The notes under the pieces were generated by a model, which saw only the letters and a list, made by a program, of their open reading frames with translations, was not told where the DNA came from and searched no databases. The position numbers and the translations under genes are program-made. A DNA stretch of 64,000 nucleotides from Paecilomyces variotii (taxonomy: Eukaryota), in assembly GCA_004022145.1 (NCBI GenBank), contig RCNU01000004.1. One strand, given 5' to 3'. Positions 36,188 through 49,022 of this stretch are shown piece by piece; position 1 is the first letter of the stretch, and every line of letters begins with the position of its first letter.

Positions 36188-38071
36188 TTACAAGTTGGCG
36201 AGGAAAACCAGGGCACCAACCAGCAAACCCATACCTGGCTTGCTGACCTGGGCCGCAGCACCGGTGAAGACAGGAGCAGTCGACTGAGTAGGGGAAGGCG
36301 AGACCGAGGCCGTAGTGGTCTCCTGAGGAGAGACCCCGACGGGTGAGGAAGACGGGACGGCCGGGGCAGCCGGGCTGGAGGCAGCGGGAGCTGAACTGGC
36401 GGGAGCTGGAGAGACAGTGACCGGAGCAGAGCTAGCCGGGGGAACAGCAGCGGAGCTGGTCTCAGCAGGAGCAGGGCTCTGGGGGGCGGGACTAGCGGGA
36501 GGAACAACGACGCTGGTCTCGGGAGCAGGGCTGGCCGTGGCAGTGGTCTCGACAGGGGCCGGGCTCTCAGGAGCCGGAGCCGGAGCGGAGGAGTGCGGCA
36601 CAACGGTCAGAGTAGCAGTGGTCGGGGCAACAGGAGCTGGAGGAATGACCGAGGTAGAGCAAGTGGTCGTGGTCAGAGTCTGGGTCAGAGTCAGAGTAAC
36701 GGGAGTGGTGTAGGTGCTGGTGCCGCTGGTGACCGTAGTGTGTGTAACTGGGCAGGTGGTGGTCTCGTAGGTGGTGGTGATAGTCACGACCGAGGTAGTA
36801 GGGGCCGGGGCAGGAGCAGTCTCAGTGGGAGGAGCCGGAATGACCGTAGGGCAGGTGGTGATGGTGGTCAGAGTCAGGGTCTTGGTCTGAGTAACCGGCA
36901 TGGTGTAGGTGCTCGTGCCATTGGTGACGGTCGAGTAGGTGACTGGAATATTGTTAATAAATCATTCAGTGGTTCTGTTCCCAGGTGGGAGCTTACCTGG
37001 GCAAGTCGTTGTCGTGAAGGTGGTGGTCTTGGTGGTCAGGATAGTGGTAGGCACAGTCACAGTAGGAGCGGGAGCAGGAGTCTTGGTCTTGGTGCACTTA
37101 GGACACTCAGTGACCACGGAGGTGACTTCGATGGTGCTAGTCTGAGTGACAGGAGTGGTGTAGGTGGTAGAACCACTAGTAATAGTGGTGTGGGTGACTA
37201 TTTACAGCGTTAGTCATAACAAATTGATCTAGACATATCTATATCCTGTTGACAACATACCAGGGCAGGTCGTGGTAGTATAGATAGTTGTGTAAGTAGT
37301 CGTCTCCTCAGGAGGCACAACTGAAGCAGTACTCGTAGGAACAGGAGTCTTGGTCTTAGTGCACTTGGGACACTCAGTGACCACGGAAGTAACAACGACG
37401 GTGCTGGTGCCAGTAACTGGAGTGGTATAAGTAGTAGAACCACTGGTGACGGTAGAGGTGGTCACTGCTAGTAGTTAGCTATAAGAATCATAATGATATA
37501 AATTAAGGACAACTCTTAACGTACCAGGGCAAGTTGTCGTAGTATAGGTAGTCGTGTAAGTAGTCGTCTCCTCAGGAGGCACGGTTAAAGCAGTACTAGT
37601 AGGGATAGGAGTCTTGGTCTTGGTGCACTTCGGACACTCAGTGACCACAGAGGTAACGACAATAGTGCTAGTACCAGTGACTGGAGTGGTGTAAGTAGTA
37701 GAACCACTGGTGACGGTCGACGGGGTCACTGCTGGCGGTTAGCTACAAGGATCATATGTTATAGATTAATGAGACAACTCCAACATACCAGGGCAAGTCG
37801 TCGTAGTGTAGGTAGTGGTGTAAGTGATAGTCTCCTCAGGCTGCGGCGTAGTACTAGATGGGACAGGAGAGACCCAGCTGGACGGCGAGTAGGAAGGAGA
37901 AGCCTTGGAGGGAGAAGCCTTGCTGGTACGGATGGGCTTCGAGTGAACACTGGTGGAGGTAGGGGCGACAGAAGAGCTCCAGGGAGCCTCGGCGCCAGTT
38001 CCTCTGAGCTGGAGTCCACGGCCAAGGGCCGAGCTCGCCAGAGCGAGCAAAACGAAAGCTGCTTTGACCAT
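36188..38071 (-). CDS. Secreted, probably GPI-anchored Thr/Ser/Pro-rich cell-wall protein with Cys-containing tandem repeats (adhesin-like)
   Basis: Signal peptide MVKAAFVLLALASSALG; repeats TTTCPVT..TVTSGSTTYTTPVT...TECPKCTKTKTP; C-terminal GPI-type signal PVFTGAAAQVSKPGMGLLVGALVFLANL. Introns 37788-37729, 37524-37465, 37260-37198 and 36996-36943. Confidence 0.88.
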
Positions 38072-41000
38072 GATGTCTGTATAACGAGCGGTAGAGTGGG
38101 TGGAATGTCAAAGGGTAGTTCGTATTAAGGTGTATAGTACTTCTTTTGCTTCTCGCCAAGTAATATATGAACGAGAGAACAAGGAACCGTAACGAAGGAG
38201 TTCCTCGCAGATGACACTGGCGATCAATAACGACACGAAGATCCCATAAACTCTGGAGGGACAGAGCTTTTATGTATGTACCTGGCGGCGGTTAATTAGC
38301 ATGGGCCCATCGCACAGTGTTCTGGTAACAGAGGCCAAGGCACCAGACTGCAACCGAATTGGTCTATCGGAACAATCAGACGTTCTGATTGCCTGTCTGC
38401 GATGTGTCCAGGTGGGCAATCATGGCTAGTTCGGAGGTTATTCTAATTCTGCTCCACGTCGTCGATGGACCATGATCCGTGAACAGCATCAGTTCTGGGA
38501 CGGCGAGCAGCACAGAACCGGTTCCACGGTACTCGTGGTGCAGGATTTCTACTCGTCTGTTCATGGATTGTCAAGGCCAGCCAATGGTGAATCATCTGCA
38601 CATCAAGTCAGTGCTCCACTGAAACAAAAAGGTTTCCTGGAGGCTCTCGGCGGCTCCATCCAGTAGACCCAGAAGCGGATACGATATATTGGATAGCCGT
38701 ATCGAGAAATTTGAACTGGCGGAAATGAACTTCCTACTTTGGACCCAAAACAGACTAGACATTTGTGTAGAGATCATCTCTCTATACGCGGGTATAGAGA
38801 CGTTTCCCCTGTAGGTGATAGCAGGCATTTCCTATACACGCGTATCCACTGTATAGGCTGATGCTTGTTTTTTTAGTAACCTGCAGGTGCTTACAGCGTA
38901 TGCATGGACCGCCGTCCACTACGATAGCAAGCGACCTCTGATCTGGAGTAAGATGCATTATGACAGGAATGCAGAATGGCCGCCAGCTTAACTCCTCAGT
39001 GGAGTGCAGTCGTAAACATGTCCTTATGGTAGACGTTTCTACTGAAAACAGTCAAGTCTGAAATCATGAATCATTCATTCATGTTCCTTCGAGTTCCAGA
39101 AAAGGACGAAGGCGAAGAAGAAAGAATATTTAGAACAGTCTGGAGATATCCGCAGTCAGACACTGTCGAGGATGCGGTAATCTCGACGCAATCTTGTGAT
39201 GACCTTCGCAAGGCCAGCCAGATCCGGGTAACCTGTTCTGTGTTGGGCATCTCTTTACATTTGTGATGTTTCACCCCTGCACAGGATCAATCTGTGGCGT
39301 GAAAGAGCTGTTTTCGAGAGATGGTCGGGGTAGCAGTTAGGGTAGCAGCAGGTGTTCGGTAGTACCGTGGCACCTTGAAGGCCGTCCACTCTCGCTTTGT
39401 GTGGTTTTCGCGGGGGTTCCCCTCCGCTGGATTACCAGAATGGACGAGAACGAAGCTGTTGCCCGGTGGGTTGGGTCCCGAAACATGAGATGGTGACGAC
39501 TAATACTATAAGAATCGACCGACTAGGGCCAGAAAGGGCAGTGCAATTCTCCAATGGCAACTGCGTCTTCGTGGGGTGATCTCGACCATGGATGTGATGT
39601 CAAAGGCTTGTAGAGTATCGACTTTGAAGTGGAGATTCTAATCTGGATGCGAGCTGACAGACGGTTGTCCGATCCGGTGCGGCCTAACCCCTGGCCTGTG
39701 CATGTTATGTCTCAGATGATCCACGAGTTGGCAGCACGATCGAATCGCCACTCGACCTTCTGCCGCCGGCGCAAGTTGATTGCTCACGCACCAGTCATGC
39801 TACATGTCTTTTCCTCCAAGCAATCTTGGTGTTCAATCTGAGCGCGAAACATGTGGACGGTGCCCTGCCACAACGGTTGCAGTATTGGCGCCTGTCATTG
39901 AATTTTTGACACAAAAGCGCCATGGGAGCATGAGCTAGCGGGACCAGGTCCACGAATGAGAAGTATAGAGTAGTCAACTCTACCTCGACTCGTGGATGCG
40001 CGATCCACGGATGAGGCGGACGGGCAAAAAGCCCCATGGCGGCCATGAGTCCGGTCGGCTGTTCTTGGAACGTGGCGAGTGGCTGACGCTGTCAGGCCTC
40101 AGCCTGGCAATTGCAGGGCTAGAGTAGAAAGGGACAAGACTGAGTGTTAGCACAAGCGAGCTGGATGCTAAGAAAAAAAGAATGAGAGCAAAAAAAAAGG
40201 TACCGGACACATCGCAAATCGGATCCGATCGGATGAGATTCTGGATGGGTCGAATCGAAAAGCACTTCGCCCAGAGTGATCAGATCGTCGACACGATTAC
40301 GAGAACGAGAATAATCACAGTTGGTCCCTGGCCCGTTCTCTCCACAGCGGGCCAAACATCGAGGCAAAAAGGTGAGGAACAGGACAAGCAGAATCACGGA
40401 AGATCTGGGATTGACTTTCTTCTCAACCCATTTCTCTCCGCCTTTCCGCTAACAGAAAACAGAAATGCCTTTAGTGCCTGTACAGCACATACACATACAC
40501 ATACAACAACTATCAGACAGGCCCTGACGACACCACATCACTTCGTACGTTAATTATATCAGATCGATCGCCGCGAAGGGTAATCCTTCCGAGGCCGGAT
40601 TTGTTGTTGTTGGGCCGCTAGAATAGGCCAACTCGCTTCGGATCGAGAAAGAGAGATGGATGATTATTAGTTCGAAAGATGTCTTGGAGTCATCATGAAA
40701 TATTAACAATATCGTCTCCGTACGTTTTCCGGTCATCCATCATGGCAGTTCTTGGTCTGTCGACGAAAACCGGGATAATCTGATCGGATTTCTGGGTCGA
40801 CTAATTACCCCTCCCCCGCTTTCAGGTGAATCAGGTCATGATTGACAAATCTTGGGTCGGGCTGTTCGATAGTACATAACAAAAATAGCCCTGGACAGGT
40901 CCATTCAAGACTGAAGCGATGTCTAAATTGGCATTCGCGGTCGCAATATCGAGCAAATGCCTCTTGCAGACGTTTCTATAATATATGCAGTATGATCCGG

Positions 41001-41246
41001 GTCGCCACAACGGCGAGAAGCACTGAGCAAGAATCTACCCCAGGCGACGCTCTTTAGTCCACGCAGGTGCATAAGAGTCCTTCAAGAGGACTGGAGTACT
41101 CCGTAAGATGCAGGCAGAAGTTAATTTCCCTGTGGGGAACAGTATCCAACTATCAGTGAGAAACGTGCGCGCCCCAAGGCCAGCCAGACGTCTCGGTGGT
41201 GTATGCCAGTGTCCTGCGGCCAGGTAGCAGCGGATGGGTACGGTGT

Positions 41247-43103
41247 TCAGTCGTCCTCGCCAGAGTCCAAATCGCTCATCCATCCCTGCTCGTATGTCTC
41301 ACGGATCTCGCCGAGGCCGTTGACCAAGGCCTCTCGTTCATCGACGCCCACAGCTCGTCCTGCAATCGCTTGTAGAGCCTTGATTCGATCTGCCACCGCT
41401 GAGGTGGCTGCCAATGCTGCATGGACCTTGATGCCAGCTTCCGGCCTAGAATCAGCGAAGAGATTGCGGGGGAAGCTGTCAAGGATAGGAAGCCGCAAAC
41501 CCGTATCGAACCTGGAAATCATGTAGACCGTTAGTAACCGTTGCCCTACAAATGCCAGGGGACAGCAGCTGTTGGTTCATTTATTGCAGGAAGTATATTT
41601 TTTTGGTTATGGTGTCGTTGTGACTCAGGCGATCCATTTTTCGGTCGTACGTACCTTTGTAGTGCAGATTGCGAGTTGAACAGGCGCTGTCGCCGAGCAA
41701 GAGTGGAATTTTCAAGCCATGGTTCATCCGCTCTAGCAAATTCAAATCCACGAGCGACCTGGATCTCGTTGAAGGTGTGATGCCTTCCAGCAGGATCAAT
41801 ATAACTAAAGTTAATGTCAAATTTCGCATTCTCGTCAATTCCATCGTCCTCTGCCAAGGATCCGGCAGCTTCTGCTTCTGTACGCGATGATCCTGCAGGG
41901 TTTTCGCTGGCTTCTGGTACAATAGAGGCCTTCAATTCGAAGATTCTGTGCGTGCCGTCGTCACCCGCTAACGCAGCCTCGATGTCATGATATTGGCGAA
42001 GGCGAGAAGGCAGGGTGGCGGACTCGATTGAAGAGGTGATGAGTGCCGACTTGTACCATTCTGATTGTAGATCGATATTTAGGTAGGTTGGCAATGGATG
42101 AGGGGGGTCCATGATGGGCGTATACAAGGAAACTTGCGGCGAGATTGCAGAGATTGATTTTGCAACATTGATCGATCGGAGAATTTGCTTCTGCTGCATT
42201 TATGCATAAAATGTCAGTTTTCTCTCAAGTACTGAATGGTGTTCTGATTTACGTACCCGCTGGACCTTAGCACCATCTTCAAGGCCCCATAGCCATATAC
42301 TAGTTTTGCCATACTCGTCTCTGAGTCTATCAATATACCTCGCTGAAAACCCTCCCCAGGCGTCATCTGTCCCGGAGAATATCTGAAGGGCGCGCAGTTG
42401 GTCACATTCCTCTGCAAAAGGTCTGACGTCTCTATCCAAGAGATCATGCTCCTTGTCTAGATCATTGAACAATTCTTCACCCACTTCCCAGTTCTCAAAT
42501 GGCATCAATCGGGAATTCAACTCGTAATCGTTCAGCTGGACAATAGAACGTGGGTGATAAAATACCCGGTTGAAGTCAGACCAGTAACGAACCGTCTCCG
42601 AGATCAGCGGAGGTGGGGTTAATCCCAGATCCAGGGACTTTTGATATTCACTCTGCGGGATCTGAGGTTGTTGTTGTATAACCTCATTTCCGTCCCTGTT
42701 AAATTGGTATCAGCTCCGTTCACACACGATGCTTTTAGATAGATAATGTTCTAAAATGATCAAGCCCGGGCACTCACCATAGTCCTCTTGGCATGCTAGA
42801 TTCCTCTTCCATTTGGTAAAGCGCATTGTATTTCTTAAGGGAACCAAAGCCACCTTTGAGGTCATAAATAATGGTTCTTGGAGTAAATGTCTCCGTCCCA
42901 TCTGCTCCAAGACCGGGTCGGAAATGAACATCGTGGTTTACGGGTGACTCTTCGCCTGCATTGTATGTGAAGTAGGATTCCTGTGCATGTTAGGAATTCC
43001 ACTCATTATAAAAGGCTATACAGATTCTAACCTGGAGATTCCAGAAATGTGTTGCTACATAGTTGCTCCGTTGACCAAGCTGAAGTGTGATAATTTCATG
43101 CAT
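41247..43103 (-). CDS. DML1: Misato/Dml1 tubulin-like protein (mitochondrial distribution, mtDNA inheritance)
   Basis: [30 protein letters not shown]...[22 protein letters not shown]...[21 protein letters not shown]...[16 protein letters not shown]...[15 protein letters not shown]. Several short introns. Confidence 0.93.
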
Positions 43104-43772
43104 CGTGACAACAGATTATCTTCCGGGCGCAGGAACCGCCTTGATTTCTCGAAGATCACCAAAACCCCGAATCCTATAACGGCCTCAAGTTGCACGTAGA
43201 TTGAGGGCTCGTATTGGACAGACTCCAGTTCACAGCCTATCATGCAGCCACAACTGTAGGTATGTGATAATTCCAAATGTAGTAGACCGGTAACTTGCCC
43301 GCTCTGTCAGTGGTCTAGTGACTTGACTGGAAACGTCGCATATGCAGTAAATCAGGAGATGTTCGTCAGTTAGTAACGATGTTACTCTGTCCAGAATTCC
43401 ACAGAGCTAGAGTAAGTGATACTTGCTCGAACACAGACCATATCGACAATTTGATTCTTGGCATCTGGCGTCACTCATGACTAAGCAATTATCATCACGT
43501 GAGATACAATACCCTAAACCAATCATCAACTTAAGTGGATTGTTGCTCCGGGCAACCGGCGATGGCCACCCCAAAGGCGGTAAACACAATCAACGCGGTC
43601 GATCAGGTGGAGTTCTCTGAACCTTTGACAGCCGTGCGCGACATCATTGACATTGACACAAGCGAGTGCCAGCTGAATATACACAAGAACCATAGCTCGT
43701 ACTGTGTGCGTGTGTCATGTTCATCAGGAGACCCTTATGACAGCAGTGAACACATCCCTCGAAGTATCAGCA

Positions 43773-45731
43773 ATGGATTCTCCGTCCTTTCAGTCGCCCG
43801 CCTCTCCCAAGGGGGCTCTCTACCCCGTGTCGCCCGAACGAATGAATCAACAAAAACCGATGACTTCGCCATCAAGATCAACAGAATTGTTCCGATCAAC
43901 TAGAAAGAATTCCGACGTCCAAGCAAAGGTCGCTTTTATCAACGGCCTCTCGCGCAATGGAAGTCCAGTTCCAGCTTCCACCACACTTTCTTCGTCGAAC
44001 TCTTCAGCTGCGCTTCAACGAGCCATCATTGGACGTGAAGAGGCCGAGTCAGCACTTGCAAATGTATCTTCACAGCTATCTGAAGCGCAATCTCGAGAGA
44101 GGCGCTTGAGCGAAAGACTGGAGTCTCTTATGGAGGAGCTACACAACGCCAAAGAACGTCAGGCCCATGAGCGAACAGTCTTTGAGAAGGAAGTTAGAAA
44201 AGCAAGAAAGGAAGCATTCAAGACCGGTTCTACTCTGGTAAAGCTACAAGAGGAAATCAAAAACTCCAGGACGGAGATCAAGAGTCTGAGGGATGAACTC
44301 AAGGTGGAGAAAGACGCCAAGGATAAAGCGAAGCAGGAAGCCTTCGAACGTGCCTACGCTCTGGCCGGCCTTACTGAGGAGCTGGAGGTTCTGAAAGGGA
44401 AGTTGCGGTCATTGGAAACAGATCGAATGACGGATAGTCATTCCGACGCTCTAGAAGCTAAGGCTCAAGAGATGGAGAAAGACAGTGCCGCAATGTCGGC
44501 TGCGGCCCAGGAACATCCTTCATCTCTCACACCAACGCCTCGCAGAGCAAAGAGAAGCCTTGATGGATGCGACAAGTCGCAGTTGTCTGGTTCAGTGACG
44601 GAAGCACAGCAGCATCATAGTGAGACCCCGCCGAAAAAACCGAGATTATCACACGGCGGATCTACCACAGAGGTCCCGGAGGTCCGGGAGGTCGAGGCTA
44701 CAGAAGAAAAGGAGAATATGGTCCAGCGGCTCAACTTCGAACTGTCTTGGGAAAGGCGGTTGAGACTCCAGGCGGAGGAGATGGTCCACTTCCTCAAGAT
44801 GGAATGTCAGTTCAAACAGTGCTCCTGCCGAATCGCGGAGAGCCAAGGACATGAATATGTGTATGACGTGAAATGGTACAACATGTGCAAGATCAGGGAA
44901 AAGAGAGAGGAGGCCGAGGCAGAGACCGACGCTGAAATCAAGAAACGGGCTCAGGCTGTGATGCCATCCCAAAACCAGGCTGGAAGCCTTACTCGCGCAT
45001 CAACGCCGATTCAAGAAGTCAATGTTGAAACTGGATCCACGGCGCAGACAGAAACATCGGATGAGCCGACCATAACGTTCTCTCCAAAAACGGGGACGTT
45101 CCGTGCTATCCCGTCACCCATGCACAAATCACCACAGCGCATCGAGGGGCGATCTTCCTCGACACAGGCAGTACACTCAGCGCCGCAACCCCACTCACCT
45201 GTTCGCCATTTACCAACTTCACCACTTGTTCCTGAGAACGAGAAAGGCCCGAAGAGTGCCCCAAATGCTCTTCGTCTTGATCCTCCTACCGAAGCAATGT
45301 CAGCTGCGCCGTCCACAGCACCTATCGAGCTTCCTCCCTCACTCTACGAGAACCTATTCGACAGACGCCACCAGGAATCTACGCCGCAGCCAGAGGTGGG
45401 CCAAAAGGAAACGGTTAAGGAGAACGTTACCGTAACCAAGGTTCCCCTCCGTCCGGAGAATCATACACCGGTCCAAGACCTTTCCACCATTCCAGGAACA
45501 CCTATTAGTCGAGAGGAGGCCTTGGCACAGATCAGAGCACGACGAGGTAGGGCTCGCAGCATGCCCAAAAGATGTGCGAGTGCGCTGGAAGGTTCAGTCC
45601 GTACCGGTGGCATGGGTACGGCTCCTGTTCGCGGACCGAAACGAATTCCAGGGGTGAATAACACAGACGCAAAAAGCGAGAGCGACCTGAGTGAGCGGAG
45701 AGATCTCAGTGCTCCTGTCGGGAAGTACTAA
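43773..45731 (+). CDS. Conserved fungal coiled-coil protein of unknown function
   Basis: Intronless ORF with long heptad-like E/K-rich helices, a Cys motif FLKMECQFKQCSCR and a C-terminal TPISREEALAQIRARRGRARS. The start may be the ATG at 43737 or 43773. Confidence 0.75.
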   Translation: MDSPSFQSPASPKGALYPVSPERMNQQKPMTSPSRSTELFRSTRKNSDVQAKVAFINGLSRNGSPVPASTTLSSSNSSAALQRAIIGREEAESALANVSSQLSEAQSRERRLSERLESLMEELHNAKERQAHERTVFEKEVRKARKEAFKTGSTLVKLQEEIKNSRTEIKSLRDELKVEKDAKDKAKQEAFERAYALAGLTEELEVLKGKLRSLETDRMTDSHSDALEAKAQEMEKDSAAMSAAAQEHPSSLTPTPRRAKRSLDGCDKSQLSGSVTEAQQHHSETPPKKPRLSHGGSTTEVPEVREVEATEEKENMVQRLNFELSWERRLRLQAEEMVHFLKMECQFKQCSCRIAESQGHEYVYDVKWYNMCKIREKREEAEAETDAEIKKRAQAVMPSQNQAGSLTRASTPIQEVNVETGSTAQTETSDEPTITFSPKTGTFRAIPSPMHKSPQRIEGRSSSTQAVHSAPQPHSPVRHLPTSPLVPENEKGPKSAPNALRLDPPTEAMSAAPSTAPIELPPSLYENLFDRRHQESTPQPEVGQKETVKENVTVTKVPLRPENHTPVQDLSTIPGTPISREEALAQIRARRGRARSMPKRCASALEGSVRTGGMGTAPVRGPKRIPGVNNTDAKSESDLSERRDLSAPVGKY

Positions 45732-46484
45732 GCGTCTTTCGCCTTGGTAACGCAACAATAGATCCGCTGAATATACCTTTTGTCATTACGGAGTTCTTTA
45801 CTGCTTCGATTCGTTTTACATACCGCTTCTGTCTTGTCTCTATTAGCCAGGCGCTGATACTGCAGGTTCTTGGGTTTATTTTTCGGAAGGAAACTTATCG
45901 TTTTGCCTTGGCCTTCCTGGATCTTTCTCTTGTTTTGCACTTTTTTGTTCCATTCTTGGTTTGCTGAAAAGCCTTCTCTTCTCTATCTTTCACCGGCTTG
46001 CATGGGAGCGTTTTTGGAATCGGAGGCCGTACTCATCGGATCCCGGGCGTTATATATGGATCTTGTTTAGGGCCTTGGTTACGTCGTCTTTTCTTGTCGA
46101 TACATATTTTTTTGCCTTCTTTCATTGGACATGCTTGATATTCCTTTTGGGTCTCTTTACTTTTCTTGTGATTACTTCAGTTTTCTTGATATGGTGTCAA
46201 GTACTTTTTGTTGAATGTGAACGATTTCAACCTTTCCAGGAAAAGAGTAGACTGCAGAAGTTCTCTATGTATCACATTTGTCTCGATGTAGAGAACTAGG
46301 TTTGTATAGATCTCGCTTCACTCGAGTTAAGAAATGAAAGGGACTCGATGTCCAGCATCGTGAACATTGCATATGGGGTATTGCGGTGTACTTGATCGAT
46401 CTGTGTCTTGCTCGCCATGATAACAACTGTCCTGCTATAAAGTGGAAGAATATGTACCAAATAATTCTGAAGGGCTGTCGGTGC

Positions 46485-48612
46485 TTAGAGAATACGAACA
46501 CCACAACATGTGATTCGCGTTCCATCCACACGGGCCTTTCGACCCCACCAGAGTCGAAGGAGTTGGTCGACGAAGATCCGGTCCGTTTCGCTCCAGACAT
46601 CCAGACCCATGTGAGCCATGTCTTCCGTTGTGATTGTCACCGGCTCCAGATCATCGTCTCCGTTTGCTCTGCGGCGCCGGGATTCTGAAAGTAGCGCAGT
46701 TTGGTCATCATCCGTAGAATGTCGGTTTACCGAGACGGTTTCATCGTCATCTTCGCCCGGTTCGTCTCGGTAGCTGGTTTCCGCCTCGTCATCAGCATCT
46801 TGTCTTGCCACGGCATCAGAAAGAGTGGTGAAAATCAGGCTCGTTAAGCGACGGAAGTACGCAACAAGCGCAACTTCTTGCGGCTGGTTACCCAGTTGAT
46901 CGAGCTGGATGTTGCGACGGTGGAGAGATCCAGCTGCAGAGTTTGAGAGGCTGTCTACGCTGGCAAGAAGACTGGTATCTTGTTCCACTTGTTCTTCTTC
47001 CTCTTCCGTCAGGCCTTCACGCTTTTCACCAGCGGATGCCCACCATATGAACGATGTGTAAGCCAGACGTGGCCACGAGAGTGGCTCGACGATAGAGCTA
47101 GACGAGAATGTAGATGAAGCGTCCGAGTCATCATCTGCGTTGGGGCTCTGAGAGACAGCCTCGCGGTCAAGATGGCGGAGGCCGTCACGCAGATTCAAAT
47201 AACGACGAACATCCCTCTGTGTTGCCTTTATCGTGATCTGTTGAGGAGATTTCTGATTAACAGAATTGGCGTCTTTGATACTTATTTTCGGGTAGACTTT
47301 CTGCGCGGCGTCCTTGGAGTATGGTGGCGGAAACGTAACAAGAACATCGTGAAGTTCAGACTTCATGGTCAACACATTATCTGTTGTGCATGCTATCCAG
47401 CTATGATGCTCTCCAGAGCCTGTTGCGGGTTTCAGCGACGAGAGGTAGGGTATATCGTGTACGCCGATGTTGAAAAGGGGCCGAGGGCGAAGGGGCGGCA
47501 ACCCTTCGGAAGGAAGTAGTGGAAGTAGCGACTGAGGCAAGGAAGACAGCAAAGAAAGATCGTACACTGAAATATAGTTAGCTTCGGAACATAGAATGGT
47601 GTGGGACGCTCATACCATAATTACAAGGTATATGGACTGGCGCCTCGGTTACGAAAAGAATCCGCTTGCGCAGCAAGGCAGCTCTATACAATGGGAACAC
47701 CAGAGGACCAAAAAATCGTATAAATTCTGGAAGGGATGCGGCAGGATGGAAAGGTGTCAGTGCCGTTCTGGATGCTTCGTATGTTACTGTATCGCTAAGA
47801 GCGCGACTCCATCGCTGCGTCTCTGAAGCGTCCGGTCTCGTTCTGGGTTTGAGGGTCGTAGGCGACTCCAGCGATGTCTCAACTAGGGTAGGAGAATCAC
47901 TCCCACCAACCTGATGGTTTTCCCAATATTCCAGAAGAGGTTGCGGATCCCAGGTCTCATTGTCAAGTTTCCTGCAGTGAGCCACGCATTAGCATCCAAC
48001 TTTAGGTCCAGCACAGGAAGGAGCAAACTTACTGTGCAAGTTCCTTCAAGCCTGCTGCATGCCTCCAGCTCTTCCCCAGTCGACCATTGCTTAAAGGCAC
48101 CAGAACGCCAACAGCAAACATCAGCGCATTGCGTTCGGCTTCCGCGGCGGGCTTATTCACGAAGGCGCTGACACCGGCATATTTGTCGTGTATGAAATAC
48201 CTAGAAATCAGACTCAGCAAACCATAGCAAGATATTCAGGCCAGTACGGCATACACCAAATCCTCAGTGACGTTGTGGAGACCGGATGGGAGCGACCTGT
48301 ATTCGACGACGCCTTCTAGTTCAACTGTCCACCCCGCATGTCAGTTCCGTCATCAAGCTCATCTCATCTCGAGAAGGATAAGTACCATCAGGTAAGGATC
48401 GTTTCCAAGAGATCACATATCTTCTCGCATTACTATGTCAGCTGCCGTCTAGGTAATAAGTGTTTAAGATTCTCGATGGTCGTGGATACTGACCCCGTCT
48501 TGATATCGAAACGGATCAGGAACAAGGCCGCGATACTAGGAGGAGCCTCCAGCGCGGTGGCCTGCGTCAGGTCAAGTCTCAAGGACTTCTTCCTGCCTTG
48601 TTCCGACGGCAT
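46485..48612 (-). CDS. DUF2347 + DUF4484 protein (DENND11/LCHN-like)
   Basis: MPSEQGRKKSLRLDL...AALFLIRFDIKTG|YVISWKRSLPD|VELEGVVEYRSLPSGLHNVTEDLV|YFIHDKYAGVSAF...FGPLVFPLYRAALLRKRILF...GLDVWSETDRIFV; multi-exon. Confidence 0.8.
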
Positions 48613-49022
48613 TGCAGGTGTTTGGATGTAGATGTGAGCTCACAGGCTCCATGAAGTGCGATCGCGGTCGATAGGATGATGGCATAAGCTGCCCCCGGAT
48701 CAACTCCCGGGAGACGGCAGCGCGATCCGCCAAGCCATCGTCCACTGGTCCCCGATCTCCAGCCTCCTTCGGGCACACTCCACGGCCAACAGTGGATAGA
48801 TCTACTTTCAAAATAATGCGAGCTCTCTGGAATTGATTGAATATCTCTAATCCTGGCTGTGCACTGTACTGTCAAAGACAGTTGCGTGGGATATTCCTGA
48901 TTCGCTTCAGTTTCTTGACGGCCTACGGATCTTGTAGGTTATTTATTTATTTTCACCCAACCAGGTCTCAGCTCTGCGCTATCAAAGCAATACTCCAATT
49001 CAACAGCCACGCAGTGTCGAAC

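Noticed and set aside
38072..41246. 3.2-kb ORF-poor interval with short palindromes (e.g. atcggatccgat near 40218)
   Set aside because: No recognisable gene, ncRNA or terminal repeats. It is most simply the long upstream region of the wall-protein gene.
3782..43103. Functional clustering of tubulin-related genes (ARL2, DML1) or ribosome genes (DRS1, RPS5, SDA1)
   Set aside because: They are widely spaced among unrelated genes, which is compatible with ordinary fungal gene order.
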